A stretch of 64,000 bases of DNA from a virus (taxonomy: Duplodnaviria; Caudoviricetes): positions 1 to 64,000 of the IMG/VR virus record IMGVR_UViG_2974594805_000001, one strand, 5' to 3'. Both the position numbers and the translations under genes were made by a program. The notes below the pieces were generated by a model. That model was not told the DNA's origin. It did no database searches and was given only the letters and a program-made list of their open reading frames with translations. Of the stretch, positions 18,601 through 27,723 are shown piece by piece. The first letter of the stretch is position 1; each line of letters starts with the position of its first letter.

Positions 18601-19777
18601 AGTCGATCTGGCTTTCCTTGATTCTGGAAGCACTCAGATCAGCACAGTCGGAACCACAGATGGCAATGCTGTCGCTGAGAACACATGGGAGCGTGTATCA
18701 CTCAATGATACATTGATCCCTGACAATGCTGCATTCATTCGAGTGACAGTCACGTTTACCCGTGGCCAAGGCTCTGAACTGAACGCCTATATCGACGACA
18801 TCAACCTGCGTTTCAAAGCAAATGCTTCGTCTCCTGACGAACTTCCTGCTCTCGGTACACCGGGACAGGTACTTGCTGTGAATGGTGCAGGTGATGGTGT
18901 TGAATGGAAAGCTGATGAAACTGGTGCAGAATCTCCTGCAACTGGAGACGGTGTATCTGATTCTTGGACAGTGACATTGGCTACTGCCAACTCGACTTCA
19001 GCCTTTGCTCTTAAAGGTAACATCGTCACCATGACTGAAGATCGGTGGCTGACTGCTGTTGATATGGGTCATTCGACCAATAATCTTGGACAGACTGTTG
19101 ATCTGTTCGTAGCCAAACTGTCTGAAGTCAATCCGGGAACCATCACAGAAATTGTTCTTGATGTCGGTCAGGTTTCTATTTCTGATCCAATTGATGACAC
19201 ACGGTTTACCGTACCTAATGGTGGTCTTCATCTTGAAAACGGTGTGACCTATGTCATTGCATTCGTTCGAACAGATGCAACAGGTGCTGATGCTCTGCAA
19301 TTGGATTTCCCGTCTGGTGGTACTGAAGCATCCAGCTTCTTTACTCACAATGGTACTGCTCGTGCTGCTTTGAATGCCCCTGCTCTCACAAATACAGTTT
19401 ATTTCAATAATACTGCTGCTGTGAAAATGGACATTATTACAGAGGGTTACGTTGCACCTGCTTCTCCGGGAGACATGGTTCAGACTGAAATCACAGGTGC
19501 AACATACAGCACTCAAGTTTCTGATTTTGCAGGTAATGTCGTCCGTCGAATGAACAGTGCATCGGGTCAGACTGTGACTGTTGAACCAGACATTACAGGA
19601 CAGCCTGTCACCTTCATCCAAGCTGGTGCAGGTACTGTGACGTTTGCTGCTGGGACTGGAGTCACTATCAACTCTCTGAACAGCAATCTCGCAATTGCAG
19701 GACAGTATGGATCTGTTACGCTAATCCCTGATGTGGACACAGCAAACACATTCTATCTGGTAGGTGCCTTGGCATGA
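15683..19777 (+). CDS. Multi-domain tail fibre/appendage adhesin (1364 aa)
   Basis: Gly/Thr/Asn-rich; C1q-like, LamG-like, F5/8-C-like and CBM-like segments separated by five GQ.L.V...G.EW spacers; typical fibre C-terminal domain (GQYGSVTL...YLVG). Confidence 0.8.
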   Translation: MAERRPLVLVNGAFQELPVGDTLPGAGGLQNNLAATTAPAVGNDNTEGYAVGSVWIDVTNDNSYVCLDASTGAAVWGQTNGAGGGASNFLSLTDTPGAFGTAGQFLAINSAADAIEFVDAPSGGGGGGASTKKGFFAWGNASAAGTLANWNNEVWDSEDAFDPVTGIYTVPASLDGEYLLIIFNVRGNTGGAIYIQKDTAGNNTFQNWAVADLGSSQASASVIIQVATGDQIRAQTFGFSAQNETRTNFGAFVMGSGGGSSSGGGTSSGIYAEVTYAANHSPTTNVFEQLAFDQVTLDADSIYDSPSGHFIIPESMNDTNVILQLTTQATNDNSGAVECIIEKSTDGGTTWSRLGQSPNGGIHFFGITNAIAVDRASTGDRYRAMFLSTNAITLRVDNNQTRFTLAQAGGGSSAQNATTDVVFDFDATGEADTTTPIDKGVQNLAVTNNGVAVLSERYEFESTNGNGEWFSVPAAATEKLGNSDFVLTVERLSFDAFPQQQGVVGEWEATGNQRSWILFHSAGQLLFYGSSNGASQDVTLSYNFNAANTEIDVIVRRVGGTITLEINGAVEATANPGAGYTFFDSSANTIEFGTYAPGSRDLDGSFRRATLTITGANLDAGVPISFLTLPDTPETYGTVGQMLVVNGATNGLEWTDVPADELPALGAAGQILAVNGAANGVEWIDAPAGGSGASYGTPDYGNPGGTGNRTGLITASTNAVLGGGTTVDRSIDGAVGTNSASAWYWNSGQNSGLYVRWDFGSKQRIDQIRWQQNNTAGHGTWRVEGSDDASTWTPVSSNFALGGSTDQTIDLDLIPADTGYRYYQIAWQSGSSTSNSPWLQETEFRLAPESNPSELPAGGTAGQLLAKVDATDGNVEWIDPPAGGSGEPNVTSWNDLAAGVTPTNWIVSSGTPVTMASKGSLTPRTGAVFAGVVAFEASAVMYEDITLETRHQGMYVDLTYFHGRDNNVNDNVRVDLAFLDSGSTQISTVGTTDGNAVAENTWERVSLNDTLIPDNAAFIRVTVTFTRGQGSELNAYIDDINLRFKANASSPDELPALGTPGQVLAVNGAGDGVEWKADETGAESPATGDGVSDSWTVTLATANSTSAFALKGNIVTMTEDRWLTAVDMGHSTNNLGQTVDLFVAKLSEVNPGTITEIVLDVGQVSISDPIDDTRFTVPNGGLHLENGVTYVIAFVRTDATGADALQLDFPSGGTEASSFFTHNGTARAALNAPALTNTVYFNNTAAVKMDIITEGYVAPASPGDMVQTEITGATYSTQVSDFAGNVVRRMNSASGQTVTVEPDITGQPVTFIQAGAGTVTFAAGTGVTINSLNSNLAIAGQYGSVTLIPDVDTANTFYLVGALA
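15947..18916 (+). repeat. Five dispersed ~28-33-aa spacer repeats in the fibre gene
   Basis: Copies at 15947-16045, 17558-17656, 17660-17743, 18239-18325, 18836-18916; consensus (E/T)LP..G..GQ.L.VN....G.EW.D.P. Confidence 0.8.
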
Positions 19778-20664
19778 TGAGTCTTCTTCTTGGTTCAGTC
19801 TCGGCTTCAGCGATCATTGCTGGAGGAGGTGGGGGTTATCCTGCCTCTCCCAGCTTTTCGCTGCTGCATGAAGACGAAGATTTAGCCAACACTACAAGCA
19901 ATTACACATGGTCATGGAACATCGTAAATCCCGGAACCTATCTGCTCATCGTTTATGGTGGTACAGGTGGTTCAGGAAACACTGACTCTGGATATGACAG
20001 TTTCACCGTAGACAACGGTGCAGTTTTGACTGAAATTGCCTATGATCAGAACACCGAGTACGAAGCCACAGGATATTTCCGCATCATCGTAAATAATGCT
20101 GGTGTCCACAACTTCGTATTTGATCAACAATCTCAACGCTTTAGGATGCGTGCTGCACTATACGATCCTATCGCTCTGGATCTATACGCTCCCACTTTCT
20201 ACAGCACTGGTACAGCCAATGAAACTGACACTGGCCTCACAGCCAGCACAACAGTTCCTGCTGTTGCAAACCAAGCATTCTTCAGTGTAGCTTTGGGACG
20301 TGGATCTACACCTACCTTTGAGTATCCCGGACGTACTGCTCAGATCATGCCTCTTCTGGAATCGGCTGATTTCAGATCTGAGATCGCATTCGGAGCCTTT
20401 CCAGCAACTCAAAACGAAGATTTCACTGTAGCTTCAAGCACTACAAACAGAGCATTAGTCACTGTGCTAACGTTCCCTTACCTCACAGAATCACAAGCAG
20501 CTTCTATCCGAGTTGGAGATGTGCTTGGATACGCTATTGCTGGTGGTAGACTCCCAACCGGGGTATCAGTCGAAAACGGAAGACCATATGCAGTCTTTGG
20601 TTTTGGAGGTGGACCTCATATAAGAGTTGAAAACGCTCGCCCTTACGTCATCGTGGAGACCTGA
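19774..20664 (+). CDS. Putative virion structural protein (beta-rich)
   Basis: 296 aa, ATGA-coupled to the fibre gene. Confidence 0.6.
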   Translation: MMSLLLGSVSASAIIAGGGGGYPASPSFSLLHEDEDLANTTSNYTWSWNIVNPGTYLLIVYGGTGGSGNTDSGYDSFTVDNGAVLTEIAYDQNTEYEATGYFRIIVNNAGVHNFVFDQQSQRFRMRAALYDPIALDLYAPTFYSTGTANETDTGLTASTTVPAVANQAFFSVALGRGSTPTFEYPGRTAQIMPLLESADFRSEIAFGAFPATQNEDFTVASSTTNRALVTVLTFPYLTESQAASIRVGDVLGYAIAGGRLPTGVSVENGRPYAVFGFGGGPHIRVENARPYVIVET

Positions 20665-20665
20665 T

Positions 20666-21634
20666 ATGGCTATTCTTTTTGTTGGAAACACAGCCGGAGA
20701 AGTCGGCATGGGTATCGACGATGCGGCTGCCACCACTCGTTATGATACGACTTACGTAAACAACTGCATCGAGATGCAGAACAACGAAGGGGGTGCTCTA
20801 CCCATCCCACAAGGTCGTTCTGAACTCTGGATCCACTTCGATCTGGCTTGTGATACTGGAGCCAACAACATCAACTCTGATGGTGATGTCTTCACGATCA
20901 ACACCGACGGAAACCGTGCATGGCAAATGAATTTGTCTAATGGTAACTGGGGCTTGGAAGCCTCAACCAATGGATCCAGCTTTGCTGCAAACGGTGTTGT
21001 TGCAATTGGTCATCCAGCAGATCAGATTGTCACAAGCATGGACATTCACATCGCTTTGAACAGTGGTGGAAATGACTTCTGTCGATTCTACACCAATGGA
21101 AACCTTGCGATGGAACAGTCTGCTGCTCACGTTGCAGGTTCTGACAACATCATGAGCTTTGTATTCAGCCATTTCGATGCTGGTGCTCGTCACTACTACA
21201 GTCAGGTAATCATCGCAGACGAGTCTACCCTTGGAATGAAACTGACTCCTCTCACACCTGAGAGCAACACAGCAGACAATGCTTGGGTCGGTGACTTTTC
21301 TGCTTTGGTTGATCGGAATGACGGTCTTGCAGCATTCAGCGACACTGCTGGACAACTACAAGGCTTCAATCTGACTGACTACATTGGGCCAGCTTCTCCC
21401 ACAGGTCTTCGTGGTGTCTTTATGGCTTCACGGGCTGGTACGGGTGATTCAGGGCCTACAGGTTTTAACCACTACCTTGAGATCGGTGGCACCAAGTATC
21501 ACGGTGCAAATATCGCTAACCCTACTCCTGATGTGACTCAAGTCACTGAATGGGCTACGAATCCAGCTACGGCTTCGGCTTGGGACTCCACTGCTCTCAA
21601 TGCACTGATAGCAGGGATACGATCAAACGCATGA
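20666..21634 (+). CDS. Putative virion structural protein (beta-rich)
   Basis: ATG at 20666 behind GGAG; 322 aa; W.TNP.T..AW...LN.L..G C-terminal motif seen in fibre-cassette proteins. Confidence 0.6.
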   Translation: MAILFVGNTAGEVGMGIDDAAATTRYDTTYVNNCIEMQNNEGGALPIPQGRSELWIHFDLACDTGANNINSDGDVFTINTDGNRAWQMNLSNGNWGLEASTNGSSFAANGVVAIGHPADQIVTSMDIHIALNSGGNDFCRFYTNGNLAMEQSAAHVAGSDNIMSFVFSHFDAGARHYYSQVIIADESTLGMKLTPLTPESNTADNAWVGDFSALVDRNDGLAAFSDTAGQLQGFNLTDYIGPASPTGLRGVFMASRAGTGDSGPTGFNHYLEIGGTKYHGANIANPTPDVTQVTEWATNPATASAWDSTALNALIAGIRSNA

Positions 21635-21861
21635 CACCAGTCAGTCCTTTGAAAACCATCACAAAGATGGACAGGATTCAGCCTCATGACCTCTATTATG
21701 CTGTGGACACGCAAGTTCATCCCTTGCGTTTCCTACATCTGTCTGGCACGAAGCTGACCACAGATAGAAACTACGCTTGGTATGGCACCAAGCGACAGTT
21801 CAGAAATCTCGTGAAGATTCACGAGTGGGATGGATTGGCCCTCATCAATCGACCAAAATAA
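21631..21861 (+). CDS. Hypothetical protein
   Basis: ATGA overlap; 76 aa. Confidence 0.6.
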   Translation: MTPVSPLKTITKMDRIQPHDLYYAVDTQVHPLRFLHLSGTKLTTDRNYAWYGTKRQFRNLVKIHEWDGLALINRPK

Positions 21862-21873
21862 GAGGAAACCTCA

Positions 21874-22416
21874 ATGTTCACTCAACAACTGCCGCCTGAG
21901 CTTTTCCAGCTTCAGCGGGAATTCATCCGTGTGATGGATGCCAACCGGGACTTCGTTTGGTGGGCTGACACGCTCATCGTCGAAGAAACCAAAGAACTCC
22001 GGGATGAGTTCGAAGCCGATGTCACCGACATGAACAAACTGTTCAAAGAACTGGCAGATCTGCTCTACGTCGTGGCTGGCTTCTACAATGTCATGCCCAC
22101 GTTTGCACCTGAAGTCGTCGATCAAGAGACGAACGAACGGATGCAGCGTATCCTCGACGAAGCTGCTGTACTGGTCTCTGAGGTCAGTCAGAAGCTCCAG
22201 ATTCCTCTCCCTGTCATTCTGGCTGCCTTCAAGGTGGTTCACGACTCCAACATGAGCAAGGTGAACCCTGAGACCGGAAAGCCTGACCGTCGAGAAGATG
22301 GAAAGATCCTGAAAGGTCCGAACTACACTGCTCCGTCCATGGATGCAGTGGTCTCCGAGTGGGACAAGTACCGGAAGAACAGCAAAGCAAAGGAGACACT
22401 CGCAAATGCTGGATAA
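21874..22416 (+). CDS. MazG/PRA-PH-like NTP pyrophosphohydrolase
   Basis: EETKEL, KELADLLYVVAG, VHDSNMSK, REDGKILKGPNY. Confidence 0.85.
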   Translation: MFTQQLPPELFQLQREFIRVMDANRDFVWWADTLIVEETKELRDEFEADVTDMNKLFKELADLLYVVAGFYNVMPTFAPEVVDQETNERMQRILDEAAVLVSEVSQKLQIPLPVILAAFKVVHDSNMSKVNPETGKPDRREDGKILKGPNYTAPSMDAVVSEWDKYRKNSKAKETLANAG

Positions 22417-22720
22417 GGTGGATGACACAACCTTCGCTCAGAAGGTTCGCCAAGCTGACGGTTACGTCATGGTTCTGTTCACTGGCTCGTGGTGCCAGCC
22501 CTGTAAGAAGTTCAAACCTGTGTTTGAGCAGTTTCTGGGCAATTTTCCACATATCAAAGGCTATGAAGCCGATGTGGAATCCACAGACCAGTTTGCCACC
22601 GAACTCAACGTGCGATCACTCCCTTCTTTGGTTCTCTTCAGCGACGGCATGGTCGTCGATGTGAAATCTGGAACGATGACGAAGGAAGACCTTCGACTCT
22701 GGACACAAGAGAACATCTAA
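22406..22720 (+). CDS. trxA: Thioredoxin
   Basis: WCQPCK active site, VRSLPSLVLF cis-Pro loop; ATG at 22406 behind AAGGAG. Confidence 0.9.
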   Translation: MLDKVDDTTFAQKVRQADGYVMVLFTGSWCQPCKKFKPVFEQFLGNFPHIKGYEADVESTDQFATELNVRSLPSLVLFSDGMVVDVKSGTMTKEDLRLWTQENI

Positions 22721-22804
22721 CCTCCCTTGAGTGATGGATCCAATGTCACTCTAACTGTCCTCGGTCCTCGGACCGGGGACTTTTCTTTTGAAAGGACCAA
22801 AACC

Positions 22805-25393
22805 ATGGAAGTCATGAACAGCACCGAATTCGAGCAGAAGGATGTGCTTGTAGGTGGTTCCGGAAAAACCGGTAAATTCACCGTCACTGATGACCCGCAT
22901 TTGATGTCGATGCTTTCGACTTCATTGTATGCAAACCCTCTCCGCACAATGATTCAGGAGATCATGTTCAACGCTTGGGACGCCCACCGTATGGGGAAGT
23001 GCCAAGACAAACCAATTGACGTGTATCTCAACGAGACAACCGGTCTGATCGTCCGTGATTACGGTCCCGGTATCAATCCAGCAGAGATCGACACGATCTA
23101 CTGCTCCTATGGCAACTCCACAAAGCGTCAGGACGACACACAGACCGGTGGTTTCGGTCTGGGTTCCAAGAGTCCCTACGCTTACAACGACAGCTTCATG
23201 GTGACAAACCACCACGGTGGAAAGAAATCCATGTATATCATGCGTCGTGTTCATGACGAGAATGATGGTGGCCCCGGCTACGATCTGGTTGTGGAGAATG
23301 TTCCGACTGAAGAGACTGGCCTCATGGTCACTGTCCCCTTCAAGTCGAACTACGACCGTCAGAAAGCCTACAAGTACATGAAAGAGATCCTGTTCCTGTC
23401 AGGAATCAAGGTGAACATTCATTACGAAGGCTCTGACGAAGAAGACGAACTCGTCGAAGCAGAAAGCCTCGCACCGGGTGAATTCATCAATGCTGATGAA
23501 GAGCCTTGTGGGCTGTATGCGGTTTATGGTGGAGTCAAATATGAGATCCCTACTCGTGATGAGTATTTCGAAAACTATGAGTTCCTGAAGAAGCTCAGTC
23601 ACCAGCTTGGTGCTTTGTATATTGGTTTCAAACCAAACAGCCTGACACCTTTGCCGAACCGTGAAGGTCTCAACATGCGTGAACGCTCTATCGAGAGCAT
23701 CACTGAGATCTTGGAGACGATTCAGGAGCACTTCTACAGCCACCTGATCCCTGCAACCAAGGCAACCATGATGGAGACCCTTCAGGCTGCCAAGACCACT
23801 TCTCTCCAGCCCCAGTTTATTGCCTACAAGTGGCAACGGGTCGGAGATGCTCTGTCCATGAGTGAGATGGTTCCCCCAGCATGTCCTATCCACGATCTGC
23901 TGGAGAATCGTCGTCCTGAAGCCTTCAGTCCTTCCATGTGGATGAGTATCACCAAGCTCTGCTTGAAGAACTCCCGGTTTGTGGCAGAACTGATCAGTTT
24001 CGAGAAGTTCTGGAGCCTGAAAGGGCTTCTCTGGGCCAAAGAGTTCCCTGAGTATCGCCACTGGCGTTACAACATCATAGACGCTTCCAAGAAGCCGGAA
24101 ACCATCAACATGGAAGACCGGAGAGACTGGGCCAAGTGGATCATTGGTGTTCAGAAGAAAATCGAAGCAATCACAGACGGTGATAACAAACCTCGTGTGA
24201 AAGGTGACAGTCACAAACTGAACTGGATGATCCTTACCAATCAGCGTCGTGCTGGGAAGTTCGATCACTTGTCTGGTCGTAAGAAAGACATCGTGAATGC
24301 TCTGGCTCGAACCAAGAAGCTCAAGATCCCGGAGAAATTCTACGATGATCAGCTTTGGTTCCAAAAAGACGGGAATCCTTTCAACCACACCATGAAGCAT
24401 GGTGCTGTTATTATTGCCAAAACTGCTCAGGCTCTGAATGACACCAGCTTCAGATTCCAGTCTCTGATGGTTCCCAGCAATCCTGACACCTACGGATATA
24501 GCTCCATGCACTGGAGTCAGTGGGTACACAATTCCAACATCCAGCCTATCGCTGGCTTCATCGTCCACAAGAAAAAAGGACACTATGATGCAGTCAAAGA
24601 GATGCTGGAGATGGAAGGCTATCAGGTCATCGAAGCTGATGAACCAGAAGTCAAAGTCCGTGTTGTGAAACAAGCAGATGGTGAAGAGGTTGAAGTCGAA
24701 GAGAAGCCCAAAGGCTTTCCCGTCGTCGATGTGCGTCGATCTCGTTGGAGTACGGACGAATACGTCCAGAAACCAAGCACATACCTCTACTGCACCGTCA
24801 GCAAGCTGGAAGGCTACGACAGGCCCTACAGCGAGTCTTTCGTCTCTCAGGTGATGAAATATGCACCGAAGATGGTGATGGTTCACAACAAGGTTCAGGC
24901 TGCCAAACTGAGCAAAAATGGCTGCCTGTCATTTGAAGAACGTGTGGAACAGATCGTCGAAGATCTGCTGGCAGACAAAGAACGTATCCGGATCATGCGT
25001 CTGCATCAGTTCATGCACAAGAATTCGAGTCTTCCCAAAGAGTTACTCGACAATTCTGAAGTGCAAAAGATCTTCGGAGTCCCATATCTCCGGACTGCTC
25101 AGAAAGAGAAGTTCAACCGAGATCGGGAGTTCTTGAATGTCTTCATTCGAAATCGTCGTCATCATCGGTACTACGATACCGATTCACTGGGTATCACACC
25201 CAAGCTGAAAGACATGGTGACACGAGCATTCGAAGTTGCAGACGAGGATGACTCTGTTGTTTTGGCTCGCAAGATCGCCAAGGTGTCCAACTGCTTCGAC
25301 GAAAACGTGTTGCAGTCCATGGTTCACCAGATGAAACCGGGCGAACGCAAAATGTTCGCTCAAAAGATCATCAGATTCTTGCGGACTGTTTGA
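22805..25393 (+). CDS. rIIA: rIIA-like protein (GHKL ATPase N-terminus)
   Basis: LYANP.R.MIQE...NAWDAH, VRDYGPGI, STKR.D...TGGFGLGSKSPYAY; likely start 22805. Confidence 0.9.
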   Translation: MEVMNSTEFEQKDVLVGGSGKTGKFTVTDDPHLMSMLSTSLYANPLRTMIQEIMFNAWDAHRMGKCQDKPIDVYLNETTGLIVRDYGPGINPAEIDTIYCSYGNSTKRQDDTQTGGFGLGSKSPYAYNDSFMVTNHHGGKKSMYIMRRVHDENDGGPGYDLVVENVPTEETGLMVTVPFKSNYDRQKAYKYMKEILFLSGIKVNIHYEGSDEEDELVEAESLAPGEFINADEEPCGLYAVYGGVKYEIPTRDEYFENYEFLKKLSHQLGALYIGFKPNSLTPLPNREGLNMRERSIESITEILETIQEHFYSHLIPATKATMMETLQAAKTTSLQPQFIAYKWQRVGDALSMSEMVPPACPIHDLLENRRPEAFSPSMWMSITKLCLKNSRFVAELISFEKFWSLKGLLWAKEFPEYRHWRYNIIDASKKPETINMEDRRDWAKWIIGVQKKIEAITDGDNKPRVKGDSHKLNWMILTNQRRAGKFDHLSGRKKDIVNALARTKKLKIPEKFYDDQLWFQKDGNPFNHTMKHGAVIIAKTAQALNDTSFRFQSLMVPSNPDTYGYSSMHWSQWVHNSNIQPIAGFIVHKKKGHYDAVKEMLEMEGYQVIEADEPEVKVRVVKQADGEEVEVEEKPKGFPVVDVRRSRWSTDEYVQKPSTYLYCTVSKLEGYDRPYSESFVSQVMKYAPKMVMVHNKVQAAKLSKNGCLSFEERVEQIVEDLLADKERIRIMRLHQFMHKNSSLPKELLDNSEVQKIFGVPYLRTAQKEKFNRDREFLNVFIRNRRHHRYYDTDSLGITPKLKDMVTRAFEVADEDDSVVLARKIAKVSNCFDENVLQSMVHQMKPGERKMFAQKIIRFLRTV

Positions 25394-25412
25394 TCAAACC
25401 AAGGAGACAGAC

Positions 25413-26837
25413 ATGTCTGATATGAAACAGATTGTGTCGATGCTGGCTGCTGAAGAGAAAATCACTCTCTTCACTGTCATGGGAGAGGTTCTCGAACTTC
25501 CTTCTGATGGGCCTCATGACACATCGAAAATCGCAGAGTATCTTACTCTGAAGCTCACTGGCGGTAACGTCGTTGAGCTTGACCTGAACGACTATCTCAC
25601 GATCCACCGGGCAATCGTCCCAGAGGGTTACGAGAACACCGGTATCGTCGTGACTCACATCATCGACGGTGTGGAAGTTCAGGGCATCTTCTACCCTTCG
25701 AGCGTGGCTGTAGCCGTGCAGCATGAGGGTGAAGAGGTTGTGATCCCCAAGGTGGAGAAACTGGAGAAGCACGCCAATCGTGCCAATGCAGAAAAATCAC
25801 CGGCTGTACGGAACTTCCTCCGTCGGATCGCACCTGTTGCCAAGGATCGCCTTCACTCGGCAGAAGACCTTATGGACTTCATCGAGCGTTCTGAATTGCC
25901 TCTGACCAACGACGGCATGATCATCGGATACAAGAAGGTGAACATGACTTCTGATGGCTACTTTGTCGATGTCCACTCGGGCAAGATCAAGCAGCGTGTC
26001 GGTAGTCGTGTCTGGATGGACGTTGATGCGGTTGATCCCAGCCGTAATGCATCGTGCTCGCACGGTCTTCACGTCGCCAACCTTGGCTATCTGAGTGGCT
26101 TCAGTGGAAACCATACATTGATCGTCCTTGTGGACCCTGCAAACTTCATCGCTGTTCCGCACAACGAGACCAACAAGTGTCGAGTGTGTGAATATGACAT
26201 CATTGGTGTCATGACAGCACGGGGCCATGAGATGGTTGATTCCGGCAGCTTCGTCAAAGAAGATCAGACGTTCAAGTCTGTCATTGCGGATGCTGTTGCA
26301 GGTCGGTCGATCAAGCCTTTCGAGGCTATCAAGGTCGGTAAGAAAGAGATCCTCGAAGTGGTGGAATTGGTCGAAAATGACCTTCAGCCCCACATCGCTC
26401 TCGAACCCACTGGTGTCGAAACCAAGGAATCTTCTGGGGAGTCGCTCATGAGCGATAAGGCTCCTGAGAAGAAAGAGAAGAAGGACATCGTAAAGATGGC
26501 ACGAAAAGCGACTGGTTCCAATCCATGGGACAATGCACCTTCCGAGGTGATCAACGCATTCACTGCATTGCGTGTTGGTTCGACAAAGACCGACGCTGCC
26601 AAGGCCGGAGATACGTCCACACGGACGCTGGCACGGTGGATGGACAAGTACGACTACGACGGCTGGGCCAAAGCTGCTGAAGGCAGCATGACCCGTGCTG
26701 AGCGTGCTCGCATGTACTTCAACAATGCAGCATGGGAAACGCTTGCGTCGTTCAAACGTCAGGCCAAAAAAGGCTGGGCGGCTCTGGGCTTCAACAAGCG
26801 TGAGATCTCTCAAATCGAGAAGAACCTCACCGCGTAA
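25413..26837 (+). CDS. rIIB: rIIB-like protein
   Basis: F.ER..LPLT.DG.IIGYKKV, CSHGLHVA, VLVDP..F.AVP, K.RVCEY. Confidence 0.88.
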   Translation: MSDMKQIVSMLAAEEKITLFTVMGEVLELPSDGPHDTSKIAEYLTLKLTGGNVVELDLNDYLTIHRAIVPEGYENTGIVVTHIIDGVEVQGIFYPSSVAVAVQHEGEEVVIPKVEKLEKHANRANAEKSPAVRNFLRRIAPVAKDRLHSAEDLMDFIERSELPLTNDGMIIGYKKVNMTSDGYFVDVHSGKIKQRVGSRVWMDVDAVDPSRNASCSHGLHVANLGYLSGFSGNHTLIVLVDPANFIAVPHNETNKCRVCEYDIIGVMTARGHEMVDSGSFVKEDQTFKSVIADAVAGRSIKPFEAIKVGKKEILEVVELVENDLQPHIALEPTGVETKESSGESLMSDKAPEKKEKKDIVKMARKATGSNPWDNAPSEVINAFTALRVGSTKTDAAKAGDTSTRTLARWMDKYDYDGWAKAAEGSMTRAERARMYFNNAAWETLASFKRQAKKGWAALGFNKREISQIEKNLTA

Positions 26838-26844
26838 CCCATTG

Positions 26845-26876
26845 GGTGGACGGGGTAAATACCCCGTTCACCTTTT
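26845..26876 (+). terminator. Intrinsic terminator after rIIB
   Basis: GGTGGACGGGGT-AAAT-ACCCCGTTCACC-TTTT. Confidence 0.8.
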
Positions 26877-26912
26877 GTTCTTAACACACGACTTTCCGCT
26901 GGGATTTGAAAA

Positions 26913-27242
26913 ATGAAACTCTCCACAGTAACCGACCGCCGTCAGCAGATTTTCGACCGCATTATGAAAAAAGTCAAAATCGACAAGGACTCCGGGTGCT
27001 GGAATTGGACAGGTGGAACCAGTGGTGAAGGACGTGGTGGTGGCTATGGCCGTATGAGTCTGGATGGACAGACTGTTGCGACTCATATCGTCATGTTCAC
27101 TAACTTCTATGGCTACGTGCCATCGAAAAAACAGATTGACCACAAATGCAGAAACCGTTTGTGTTGTAATCCTGATCATCTGGAGATGGTCACACACAAA
27201 CAGAACCAAAGGAGACGTGCTCGTGGCGACATACTCGTTTGA
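26913..27242 (+). CDS. HNH endonuclease (HNH_3-type)
   Basis: CWNWTG, GYG, H.V, IDHKCRNRLCCNPDHLE.VT..QN. Confidence 0.9.
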   Translation: MKLSTVTDRRQQIFDRIMKKVKIDKDSGCWNWTGGTSGEGRGGGYGRMSLDGQTVATHIVMFTNFYGYVPSKKQIDHKCRNRLCCNPDHLEMVTHKQNQRRRARGDILV

Positions 27243-27723
27243 CCATATCGAACTAGACGAGGGTGATCAGGGGCTTGTCTTCATTCCCGGTGTCGGGTTT
27301 CGACCCAAGGATGTGACCGAAGAATTGTGCGGTCAGATCGTAGGTGAAAACCATTGCGAATCAGATAGTTGCGCAGGAAAATATGATCTACCTCTCATAC
27401 CAGAGGTTTATGATCCACCTGTCATATACGCTGGACCGTATATTCCGCAAATATACTCTACACCGTATCAAACACCCGTCCCGGTTGTGTTCCCAATTTG
27501 GGAACTTCCAGTATGGGACTGGCCTGATTGGGATCCAAAAGATCCCACCCCGATCTGCTGGGACTGCCAACCACCAACGACAACTTGTATCGGATGTGAT
27601 ACACCCCCACCCACAACTGATGACATCCCACCAGTAGACCTTGGTTCTTCTATGGTTTTCTTGCTGACTGGGATCATCCTTTATGCAGGAGTATCGAGAT
27701 GGATGAAGCCACGGGGTTATTGA
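27223..27723 (+). CDS. Pro/Cys-rich protein with C-terminal TM anchor (PEP/VPLPA-CTERM-like tail)
   Basis: GTG at 27223 behind AAGGAG; C-terminus IPPVDLGSSMVFLLTGIILYAGVSRWMKPR. Confidence 0.65.
   Translation: MATYSFDHIELDEGDQGLVFIPGVGFRPKDVTEELCGQIVGENHCESDSCAGKYDLPLIPEVYDPPVIYAGPYIPQIYSTPYQTPVPVVFPIWELPVWDWPDWDPKDPTPICWDCQPPTTTCIGCDTPPPTTDDIPPVDLGSSMVFLLTGIILYAGVSRWMKPRGY

Noticed and set aside
15947-18916. Fibre repeats as a DGR target or invertase cassette
   Set aside because: The repeats are diverged at DNA level; no reverse transcriptase, template repeat or recombinase in the window.
10231-22416. Hypothesis of a modified-base (for example dU-for-T) genome based on Dcd, MazG and kinase
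   Set aside because: An intact ThyX points to ordinary dTTP synthesis; no base-modifying transferases were recognised.
23399-24886. 495-aa minus-strand ORF opposite rIIA; 61388-62752 opposite MCP; 29822-30913 opposite nrdJ
   Set aside because: Same antisense-shadow artefact; they fully overlap well-supported genes.
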